The notes under the pieces: model-generated
The model's database searches: none
Seen by the model: the letters and a program-made list of their open reading frames with translations, nothing else
What the model was told of the DNA's origin: nothing
In this document: positions 9,617 through 17,971 of the stretch, piece by piece
Numbering within the stretch: position 1 is the stretch's first letter
Layout of the letters: every line of letters starts with the position of its first letter
Made by a program: the position numbers and the translations under genes
Assembly: GCA_030587475.2 (NCBI GenBank)
Contig: JAUQYZ020000102.1
Span: forward strand, 1 to 64,000
Source of the DNA: Candidatus Sigynarchaeum calidifontis
Lineage (GTDB): Archaea > Asgardarchaeota > Lokiarchaeia > Sigyniarchaeales > Sigyniarchaeaceae
Direction of reading: 5' to 3'
DNA length: 64,000 bases

Positions 9617-9946
9617 CGTGTTCGGAAAGGGAACGGTTGTTACTAGTGCGCGTTTCCTTTTTTTTCCATTCCTCTCCTTTTTATGCTCGCTCGTGCATAT
9701 GGTCAAGTTATCCGCCGAGGTCCAAGACAAGATTAAATATGCTCTGACATTATTCCAGCTCAGTCTCGCACTTAGCGAGAAACCGTAGTGCTCCACGCGC
9801 TTAGCGTGGTGGGGTTCTTGGAGCCCGTACAGTAAGCATCGATTCGTTGTCTCGAGTACTGCGTTCTCTAAGGCGCGGGAAAGAACAAACTGTCTCTCGG
9901 GACGGTCAAAGACTCGATGGTAACCTCCGTTCCCTTTCCGAACACG
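9617..9946. mobile_element. MITE-like / internally deleted IS element, 330 bp
   Basis: Perfect 20-bp terminal inverted repeats CGTGTTCGGAAAGGGAACGG (9617-9636) and its reverse complement (9927-9946); no intact transposase; no clear target duplication. Confidence 0.6.
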
Positions 9947-10074
9947 GTATTTCTCTCTTTTCTTGTTATCGCTTGTCAATTTGCTCCGCGTTAGGCTGCC
10001 ATGGTGGTGAAGGGTACGTCGGCAGCAGTGTCGATGGATCTATACTAGACCGTTTTATAACACGACAAATTGCA

Positions 10075-10329
10075 TCATTTCTTGCGCATTTTGGTCGCCC
10101 CGATCAAGAATCCAAGTCCCTTCGCTGTCAGCGCGTATTCTACCTTCCCGCCCTTCATGCTGCCAAAAATCAGGCGCTCCTTCTTGAGTTCCCGGACGAT
10201 TGCATCCACGGACGCCGCGTCCTTTCCCAACTTGGCTGCCAGCCCTTCTTTCGTCATTGCACGGTCTTGCATAGCGGCGAGCGCGTTCCAGATCTCGACC
10301 TTGTCGATCCTCGTGCCGACAGATGACAT
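10075..10329 (-). CDS. Small winged helix-turn-helix protein
   Basis: MTKEGLAAKLGKDAASVDAIVRELKKERLI...YALTAKG wHTH pattern; ATG at 10329 chosen over the upstream extension. Confidence 0.75.
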   Translation of the reverse strand: MSSVGTRIDKVEIWNALAAMQDRAMTKEGLAAKLGKDAASVDAIVRELKKERLIFGSMKGGKVEYALTAKGLGFLIGATKMRKK

Positions 10330-10664
10330 CGATAGCTTGTCAGCCCGGGAATGCTTTAAACTTGGCCACGATAAAGTCGAGACCCGCGCGAGCCGCCCCG
10401 GCCGTCCAGGGGGTACCAACGCAAGTGATAAATCGCAAGGAGCCCGCACTGGATCAGCAGCTGGATCCCATGCTGCGAACCGGGTGCAGTGCTTGACATC
10501 GAGCTTGAAGCGGATCGCCGGCGCGCCGCCGGGCGCAACGCGAAGGGCGAACACGAGCGCGATCGTCGACTTTGTTATTACTCGTTTTTGTCGTGCAGGT
10601 AATTGGTATATATTCCCCAAAATCGACCGAACGAAACCATAACGACGTTATAGAACAAAAAGAA

Positions 10665-12995
10665 TTATTTACAAGGGAGAGGGAGAGTCTTTACTTTGAA
10701 AAAGATTAATACCTCGATGGCGATAGGACTTGCCACGGCAGCGATGATCATCACAAGAATGGGCGCTTGAAAGTATATTTCCAAGTCAAAAAAGACCAGT
10801 TGAAAGACAAGGTAGGTGGAAGCTACATTATAGATATTGCACAATAACCAGCAATAATTCTCGCCTTTTTTTTCGAGGAGAACCACTGCAATGGGAAGCA
10901 AGGGGATTAATAAAACCAGGGACGCCATCCACAGTTGCGGCTGGATAATGAAGAACAAGAGTGCACCCAGGATAAAAGACAACAGGATGCGTTGCTCGGT
11001 TACCGTCGCCTTGTGGATATACCAATATCCGGCGATAATGAATATACCGGCGATTGTCACGAACAAGATGGCGGTGTAACCGCCCACCATGAATACTAAC
11101 CAATTAATAAAGGAGAGCGAGCTAAATTGAAAAGACCCTCCCTCCCCAAGATTTCGGCGCAAGAATCCTTGAAACAAGGATGGGAATGCAATGAACAAGC
11201 AAGCGTCTATCCACAATGGCAAGACCGAGTAGAATCCGCGCTTGATAGCTTGTTTGATAGACCGGCTAGTTAATACCGTGAATATGATGATCCCGTACAT
11301 CATTGGTTTAAAGATCATCGATATACCAAGCAATATAGATGCTTGTCTTTCTTTATCGTTAAAATAATAATAAAATGACGCTGCGATGCAAAAAAGTACG
11401 AATGAAGTGGGTTGACCAGTCGCGTAATTACTCAACTGGGGGAAGGAGAGTAAAAATAGCCAAATATACTTGGCAATATTGGTACCCGGCTTGTATTTCT
11501 GGATGGTCCTCACGATGAGATAAATGGACACGACATTTAGCCCGAATGATGAGATGCAAAAGACGGCATAGGAGATTGCCAAGTCACCTATCACGGCAAA
11601 TGGCACCATGAGCACCAGGAAGGTGGGGAAATATCGGAATTGGTATGTCCCGGCCTCGATGATAAGTGAGTCATCATATATCTCCATTAACCGTCCCTGC
11701 ATTAGAAACCGGGAGAATTCGTAATACACGGCATAATCATTCTTTGTAATGTTCTCGATCTTGAACCAGTTGTTCAATAAACAACATTGCACCATAACAA
11801 AAATGGTGACAACACAAATCACGAGGTTTGCTAATATCGGGATCTTGTATTGCTTGATGAAACCCCATAATTCTGCCAGTTTTCCCCATGCTCGTGTATC
11901 GGGAGAAAACACGAAAAGCTTGTTTAAAACATAGTTACATGTAGTGGAAATGGCAGTAGAGAAAACCGTGGACATGAACACGGATATGATATTCACCAGA
12001 ATAGCGAATGCTATGAAATTAATACCCATTCCCACGATCCGTGTGGCAATGTCTAGAACAAGACGCTGCTTATCCTTGCCCGCCACTTTAAACGTGAAAT
12101 ACTTGTTGATGAAATGCTGCAATACCATCGCTGCTAGGTAAGCGACGCTGTTAGCGATTATCACCCAGACGGTGGTGAGAAACATATCAGTGACAATGGT
12201 GATGCTGCTCACGAAAAGGAACCCAAGGAATCCGACGAAGCAGAACTTGATGAATTCAATGTATTTTTTCAATTTAAGTTGGAATAAATCGATGAATAAG
12301 AATGCCATACCGAGACCATGGAGTTTTACGTCCTTAATGATGCGTGACATGCTGCTCGAGTGCTTCGCTTCCCGGCGTTCTATCCAATCGACGCCTATCT
12401 CGGCGATCTTGAAACCCTTGGCTTGTGCCATTACCATGCATTCCGTATCTAAAAACCAGCTCACGCTTCGACAAGGCAAGATAATCTCTTGGACAAATCG
12501 CTTGGTAAATAATCTAAAACCGCACTGGTGATCTTGCAGCTTCGATTGAAAGGCAAGTCTCATCATGTCATTGTACCGGCGCGAAACGAATTCGCGCATA
12601 AATGGTCTTTCGACTGTCGAGCCGCGGGTATACCGGGAACCGACGGCTGCATCATAACCCCTATTCAGCACCGCATCCATCAACCGATCAAATTGGTCGA
12701 GCGGCACGGCCATATCCACGTCGATAAACGCGTAAAAATCGCCATCCTGGAATTTTTTCCACGCTTTTCGTAAGGCCAGGCCCCGCCCGAGCTTGTTTGG
12801 ATTAGTAATAACCTCGATATGCTTGAATTTGCCTTGTAGATCATAAGCGATATCTTTAGTCCGATCCGTGGAACCATCTTCGGCAATTAGAATTGTGAAA
12901 TCCATAGGGCACTTGCGCGTTAAATAATCATACACGATGGCTACTGTTTTCGCCAGCGTCTTTTCCTCGTTATGAACGGGAAGCGTGAATATCAA
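10665..12995 (-). CDS. GT2 (dolichol-phosphate glycosyltransferase-like) - GtrA - GT87-like fusion protein
   Basis: LPVHNEE, EDGSTD, FIDVD, DHQCGFR (GT2); FIKFCFVG...NKYFTF...NKLFVF (GtrA); DYAVYY, FRYFPTF, GQ, KP (GT87/DUF2029 GT-C). Confidence 0.85.
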   Translation of the reverse strand: MIFTLPVHNEEKTLAKTVAIVYDYLTRKCPMDFTILIAEDGSTDRTKDIAYDLQGKFKHIEVITNPNKLGRGLALRKAWKKFQDGDFYAFIDVDMAVPLDQFDRLMDAVLNRGYDAAVGSRYTRGSTVERPFMREFVSRRYNDMMRLAFQSKLQDHQCGFRLFTKRFVQEIILPCRSVSWFLDTECMVMAQAKGFKIAEIGVDWIERREAKHSSSMSRIIKDVKLHGLGMAFLFIDLFQLKLKKYIEFIKFCFVGFLGFLFVSSITIVTDMFLTTVWVIIANSVAYLAAMVLQHFINKYFTFKVAGKDKQRLVLDIATRIVGMGINFIAFAILVNIISVFMSTVFSTAISTTCNYVLNKLFVFSPDTRAWGKLAELWGFIKQYKIPILANLVICVVTIFVMVQCCLLNNWFKIENITKNDYAVYYEFSRFLMQGRLMEIYDDSLIIEAGTYQFRYFPTFLVLMVPFAVIGDLAISYAVFCISSFGLNVVSIYLIVRTIQKYKPGTNIAKYIWLFLLSFPQLSNYATGQPTSFVLFCIAASFYYYFNDKERQASILLGISMIFKPMMYGIIIFTVLTSRSIKQAIKRGFYSVLPLWIDACLFIAFPSLFQGFLRRNLGEGGSFQFSSLSFINWLVFMVGGYTAILFVTIAGIFIIAGYWYIHKATVTEQRILLSFILGALLFFIIQPQLWMASLVLLIPLLPIAVVLLEKKGENYCWLLCNIYNVASTYLVFQLVFFDLEIYFQAPILVMIIAAVASPIAIEVLIFFKVKTLPLPCK

Positions 12996-13337
12996 TTTTA
13001 TAAATACTCACCTTCAACGATGGAAAAAATGGCTTTTACTTGAATGTCGTAATGGATTAAATTTAGTTCGGGAGGTTCTTAATTCTACCTATTCCAAGTC
13101 GTAAAGACGAATGTTAAAGTATTTCATAGCGCCTTGAATGGTTTATAAAATCATGGATATATCTCCGTGTGTTAAATAAAAACAAAGAAATATTATCACA
13201 CGCGACTATTGATATCGAGTTAATAAAAGCAACATCGTAACTTCACCTCTTCGTTCGAAACTTTCAACACTTTCAAGAACGCGCGCAGATCCTCCAGCAA
13301 ACCATCGAACGTCAGTTGAAACTTGATGTGTAACCCG

Positions 13338-14855
13338 ATGTCAGCCACCCGACCCGAACGCGTCTCGTGGAAAGAAACGATTGGATACGGCCTCTCGAAC
13401 GTTCCGGGTGGGATCTTCGGGTCAATCATGGGTTTTCTTCAGGCCATGTATTATGGATGGATGGGCTTGGATCCCGGCTGGATCGCCCTGGCGCAAGTTA
13501 TATATGCTATCTGGAATGTTTTCAACGATCCTATCTTTGGGATGCTCATAGATCGCACGCGCACGAAGCATGGACGTTATATGCCGTGGATCAAGGCATG
13601 CGCTCCATTTTTTTCCGCATCGTTCATATTTATTTTCCTCCCGCCCATGAACTGGAGTAGCTCGACCGGTGGGTTGGATTTCCAGGGTCCTCTTTTTTTG
13701 TGGTATCTCGTTTCGCAGTTATGCTATGACACGTGTTTCACGATCTGTTACCTCGCTTGCTCCGCCTTGTTCCCGCAAATCACGATCGACGGGCGCGAGC
13801 GGACGAAGATATCGCTCGTGTCAGCGGGTTTCTCGATCCTTGGTGCTGTTGCGGGCCTCGTGCCCATGGCACTCCTGTCGAACCCGTCCCCCGAATCAGT
13901 GGTGGCATTCCAGGCTTGCGTTGTCGTGTTTGGTGTCGTTTCCGTCATCCCGTGGGTGTTTCTCACGAGGTGGGTCAAGGAACGACAAGAATACATCCCG
14001 CCGGCACAGGTGCCATTCAGGCAATCTGCGAGGATCGTGCTCGCCAACCGGGCGGGGCAAGTTTTCATCGTCTACGAGGGCCTCGCCACGGGAACCATGT
14101 ATTTCGTCCAGACAGGCTTCGCGTTCGTCATCGCGTGGATCTTCGGCTTCAACAATTACAATGCGGGCTCGACTTTCTGGAGCACCGTGCCGTACCTCCT
14201 CGGCCCCGCGATTGGGATAGGGGCCGGCACGATCATCATGCTCTACATTCCCCGGTACCGAGATCTCAAGGCAGCAATCACGTTTTCGCTCGCCATCCAG
14301 TGCATCGGATATACCCTGGCCTTTCTCGCGGCGTATGTCCCGCCGGGCGTGATGGTCGGCTCGTACTCGCTGCCCCCGGGAGCGTGGCTCGTGTCGGCTG
14401 GCTTTAGCATCGGGGCGCTGGGGATGCCCGCGTTCCTGATCTACCTCGCTCCCGCGCGTGGCATGGTCGTCGACTACGACGAATCGATCACGGGCGAGCG
14501 ACGGGAGGCCGTGTACGCGGGGCTGGGTTGCATTGCATCGAAACCGATGACGAGCGTTGCATTGGCAGCGGTACCACTCGTCCTTGCTGCTTTCTCGCTC
14601 GTGCCGGCCAATGCTGTTGACTTCACCAACGGCCTCATCGTCAAGGGAAACGATTTTGGGACTGCCATCACGGGCGTCGCCGTCGCATCATTTCTCATCC
14701 CGGCTATCCTCTCGGCGATCGGGCTTCTCGCTTGGCAATTCTTCCCCATTGACCGGAACAACTATCCGGCCATGAAAGCAAAGCTGGACCATCTGCACGA
14801 TAGCAAGCGCGCCGAGCGGCTCGACGAGGACGGCCGATCGAGGTTCGTCGCGTGA
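13338..14855 (+). CDS. MFS transporter, glycoside-pentoside-hexuronide (MFS_2) family
   Basis: WNVFNDPIFGMLIDRTRTKHGRYMPW and VDYDESITGERREAVY motifs; about 12 TM helices. Confidence 0.9.
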   Translation: MSATRPERVSWKETIGYGLSNVPGGIFGSIMGFLQAMYYGWMGLDPGWIALAQVIYAIWNVFNDPIFGMLIDRTRTKHGRYMPWIKACAPFFSASFIFIFLPPMNWSSSTGGLDFQGPLFLWYLVSQLCYDTCFTICYLACSALFPQITIDGRERTKISLVSAGFSILGAVAGLVPMALLSNPSPESVVAFQACVVVFGVVSVIPWVFLTRWVKERQEYIPPAQVPFRQSARIVLANRAGQVFIVYEGLATGTMYFVQTGFAFVIAWIFGFNNYNAGSTFWSTVPYLLGPAIGIGAGTIIMLYIPRYRDLKAAITFSLAIQCIGYTLAFLAAYVPPGVMVGSYSLPPGAWLVSAGFSIGALGMPAFLIYLAPARGMVVDYDESITGERREAVYAGLGCIASKPMTSVALAAVPLVLAAFSLVPANAVDFTNGLIVKGNDFGTAITGVAVASFLIPAILSAIGLLAWQFFPIDRNNYPAMKAKLDHLHDSKRAERLDEDGRSRFVA

Positions 14856-14956
14856 ACGCCGGAATACACGCGCATAAAAGGGGACAAAACTGAAAAAATG
14901 GCTGCTCACAAGGGATCCTTCATGCCACTCGCCTTGACAATGATCCTGGCAGCCGT

Positions 14957-16372
14957 TCACACTTGCCTCATGACTCGGTAGGTGAAATCGACGGCGAGCA
15001 TGAGGTTCGTAACCGAGATTCGCTCGTCCACGTTATGCGCCATGGCGAGGAGCTGTTCGTAGGTAACATCGTCATCCTTGATCGCCGGGCAGAAGCCGTA
15101 TGCCACCATGCCTTTCTCCCTGAAAAACTTGCTATCCGTGGAGCCTTGGCTCAGCAGCGGGACGAGCGTGGCACCCGGGTATATCTCCCCAGTGACACGT
15201 GCGATCGTGCCGTAGTATGGGCTGTCGATGGCCGAAGTCGTGCAGGGCTGGTTTGCGATGGGCTCGATCTCCACCTGGGCGTAGAGATCATCGCCGATCG
15301 CCTTCCGTATCGTCTCGTTCACTTGTTCCCGGCCGACGCCGGTCAGCGTCCGGATGTCGAGGACCACCTCGGCATCCGGGCTGATCGAGTTCTCCTTGAC
15401 GCCGGAATGGAAGTTCGTGACCGCTATCGAGTTCGAAACGAGGGGGAGCACGACCTGCCGCAGTTTGATGCCCGTGAACTTCTCTGCCAGGGAAAGCAAG
15501 AAGCGTAAGAGACGTTTCGCCCGGAGAAGGCCCTTGAGGACGACCGGGATCGACATCGCGCCGAACGTGGCAAGGTATTCCTTGCCGATGACGAGTTCTG
15601 GCTTGAAGCGCTTGAGCTTGTCGAGGATCCTGGCGGCCTTGTAGATGGCGGTCGCATCGTGTTCCGGGGGCATGCTGCCGTGGCCGCCCCTTCCATGGAC
15701 CCGGAGGCGCGTCCAGAACACGCCTTTCTCGCCGACCTGGATGACGAAATCGTTCTTGAACGGCAGCTTGAAACCGCCGCCCTCGTTGAGACAGCAATCG
15801 ACCTTGATCGCATCGAGGCGGTTCTCGGCAAGCCACCCGAGGCCCTTGAGCCCACCGTTCTCTTCATCAGCGCAGAGCAAGATCTTGATATTTCCTTTGG
15901 GCCGGAAGCCTTCGTGGAGCAGCGTGAACGCCGCGACGAGGTTCGCCGCGCCAAGGTACTTGATGTCCATCGCGCCACGTCCCCAGATAAATGCATCGTG
16001 CTCGGCTTGAACCAAGTCGCCCGAGAAGGGGGGATGTTCCCACTTGCCCTCGGCTGGCACCACATCCAAGTGACTCATGAAGCCCCATGACGGGTGGTGT
16101 TCCGGCTCCGTGCCAAGGATGTCGACGATCAAGCTGGCGCGGCCTGGCTCGCTCTCGATGATGCGGGTCTTGACGAAATCGTACCCGTGAGATCGCACCC
16201 AGGCATCAAGTTCTCGTGCCAGGGCGATTTCATTGCCTGGTGGATTCGTGGTATCGATGCGGATCATCTTTTGAAGCAATTCTATGGCCGTTGCAGCCGC
16301 GGGAGTTCCGGGCTTGAATTTGTCCAGTAACCGCAGCCGCTCCCGTTGCGAGATTGCCTTCCTTGCACGCAT
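14957..16372 (-). CDS. M20/M25/M40 family metallopeptidase
   Basis: SHLDVVP, GRGAMDIK, DEENGG, GGHGSMP and AHNVDER motifs. Confidence 0.93.
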   Translation of the reverse strand: MRARKAISQRERLRLLDKFKPGTPAAATAIELLQKMIRIDTTNPPGNEIALARELDAWVRSHGYDFVKTRIIESEPGRASLIVDILGTEPEHHPSWGFMSHLDVVPAEGKWEHPPFSGDLVQAEHDAFIWGRGAMDIKYLGAANLVAAFTLLHEGFRPKGNIKILLCADEENGGLKGLGWLAENRLDAIKVDCCLNEGGGFKLPFKNDFVIQVGEKGVFWTRLRVHGRGGHGSMPPEHDATAIYKAARILDKLKRFKPELVIGKEYLATFGAMSIPVVLKGLLRAKRLLRFLLSLAEKFTGIKLRQVVLPLVSNSIAVTNFHSGVKENSISPDAEVVLDIRTLTGVGREQVNETIRKAIGDDLYAQVEIEPIANQPCTTSAIDSPYYGTIARVTGEIYPGATLVPLLSQGSTDSKFFREKGMVAYGFCPAIKDDDVTYEQLLAMAHNVDERISVTNLMLAVDFTYRVMRQV

Positions 16373-16378
16373 GTTTCA

Positions 16379-17089
16379 TCAATTCTCGTCCATGATGTCC
16401 ATGAGCCTTTGGATCTTTGCATCGACCGCGGCCCGCGGCAGCCGGCCCTCGATCACCTCGAATTCCAGGTTCACCATGATCTTGCGCAGCCTCTCGTAAT
16501 GGATCAGGTGCAGGTTGGCATACTCGGTTTCGCTCTTCGCTTCGTTATCCTTGAGCACGAGCGCGTCCCAATCGAGATGTGGCTTGTCGATGATGAGCTT
16601 GTTGATGCTCTGCAATTTCTTGAGCAGCCGGTTCGCGAATTCTTTCTCGTCGATCTCGTGTGCAAATCTTCGCAAGCTATCGATGATCGATGCCGCCTTC
16701 TTGACGTCCCCGTGGATCAAGGCGTTTTCCATCTCGTCGATCTTTTTCTGTGCACCGATGGCATTGATGAACGCCTCGTCTTGCACGTTCATCTTGATGA
16801 TCTCGGTGGCATACTTGAGCAAGAGTTCCGATGCTTGATACTTGTCATCTTGCACCGTTATGCCAATCGTGCCGCCCGGATTCAGCTCGTAATCAGGGCA
16901 ATGGCCACCCCGCATCTTGAAATCCTTGTCGATGAACACGAAGCACTTGTGACCACATTCGCTTTTCAAGAGCACGGTGACGAGTCCTTTCTCCAGTTGT
17001 GCGTCACTGAAGCGAGAAAATGGCATTTCCACGTCGAACGTCAGGTTGCATGCCGGGCACGTGATCCGTACCTTGCGGGTTTCGCTCAT
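16379..17089 (-). CDS. Hypothetical protein with N-terminal CPxC...CGH zinc-binding module
   Basis: ITCPAC...GLVTVLL..ECGHKCFVFIDKDFKMRG followed by a helical region; ATG 17089 chosen because the longer ORF overlaps the GDPD gene. Confidence 0.75.
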   Translation of the reverse strand: MSETRKVRITCPACNLTFDVEMPFSRFSDAQLEKGLVTVLLKSECGHKCFVFIDKDFKMRGGHCPDYELNPGGTIGITVQDDKYQASELLLKYATEIIKMNVQDEAFINAIGAQKKIDEMENALIHGDVKKAASIIDSLRRFAHEIDEKEFANRLLKKLQSINKLIIDKPHLDWDALVLKDNEAKSETEYANLHLIHYERLRKIMVNLEFEVIEGRLPRAAVDAKIQRLMDIMDEN

Positions 17090-17236
17090 GGAAAAAACAC
17101 CGATGCTTGCTGGTGTATCCATCCTTGAAAGTTTTAATGGTTGCGTGATTAGGAAAAAGGGATGCTTGAACGACAGCAGCATTCCATGCCGCCATTGCCA
17201 CGTCATGTTTATCTGGGATCGGGGGCTTGATAGCGC

Positions 17237-17971
17237 GTGGTCATCATTTTCGCGCACCGGGGTGCCTCGGGATACGCACCCGAAAACACGATCGAGAGCT
17301 TCGACCGCGCCATCGAGATGGGAACCAAGGCCATCGAAACCGACGTCAAAATAACGCTGGACAGGCAGCTCGTGTTCTTCCACGATCGCGGCGTCGGCAA
17401 GTTTCCCCGGTACCGGCCGCTGCTCACCATGACCGCGAGCCAGCTGCAGCAGCGGGTCATCTCCGCCGCTGTTCCCAGGGTCATCGATGCGTTCCAGTAC
17501 TACCAGCACAAGAACATGTTGAACGAGATCACGTGGAGCATCGACGTGCCGTCCCGGCTCGTGATCGGCCGCTTGATCGAAATCGCCAAGGCCTTCCGGA
17601 ACCTTGAAACGATCTATTTCTGTGGCGAGCAAGCCGCCACCCTCGCCCGTTGGGCCAGGCAAGGCGCACCACGCGAGCGGCTCGTCTGGTCAATTCGCCA
17701 GCGACCGATCATGCGTCTCGGGCCGAGCGGCGTGGTTGCCGCGTGCAAGTGCCACGGCATCCCCACTATCAACGTGAAAGAGGGGTGGCTCACTACACCC
17801 CTTGCTTCCGCGATTCACGAGGCTGGAATCCACCTTTTCATCTGGGATTGCCACGACGAGCCCCGCATCACGAGAGCTCTCAGCTTTGATCCCGACGCGA
17901 TTTACTCGAACTACCCGGATCTCGCTGTACGATTGCTGGAACAAAAAAAGAAAGAAATCACTAGATCTTGA
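17237..17971 (+). CDS. Glycerophosphodiester phosphodiesterase
   Basis: FAHRGASGYAPENT, IETDV, FHD and DAIYSNYPD motifs. Confidence 0.9.
   Translation: MVIIFAHRGASGYAPENTIESFDRAIEMGTKAIETDVKITLDRQLVFFHDRGVGKFPRYRPLLTMTASQLQQRVISAAVPRVIDAFQYYQHKNMLNEITWSIDVPSRLVIGRLIEIAKAFRNLETIYFCGEQAATLARWARQGAPRERLVWSIRQRPIMRLGPSGVVAACKCHGIPTINVKEGWLTTPLASAIHEAGIHLFIWDCHDEPRITRALSFDPDAIYSNYPDLAVRLLEQKKKEITRS

Noticed and set aside
13220-13429. 69-aa minus-strand ORF between the GT fusion and MFS genes
   Set aside because: Overlaps the MFS start and promoter region; no motif support.
17090-17662. N-terminal extension of the 427-aa ORF 16379-17662
   Set aside because: Overlaps the GDPD gene on the other strand; real start is likely ATG 17089.
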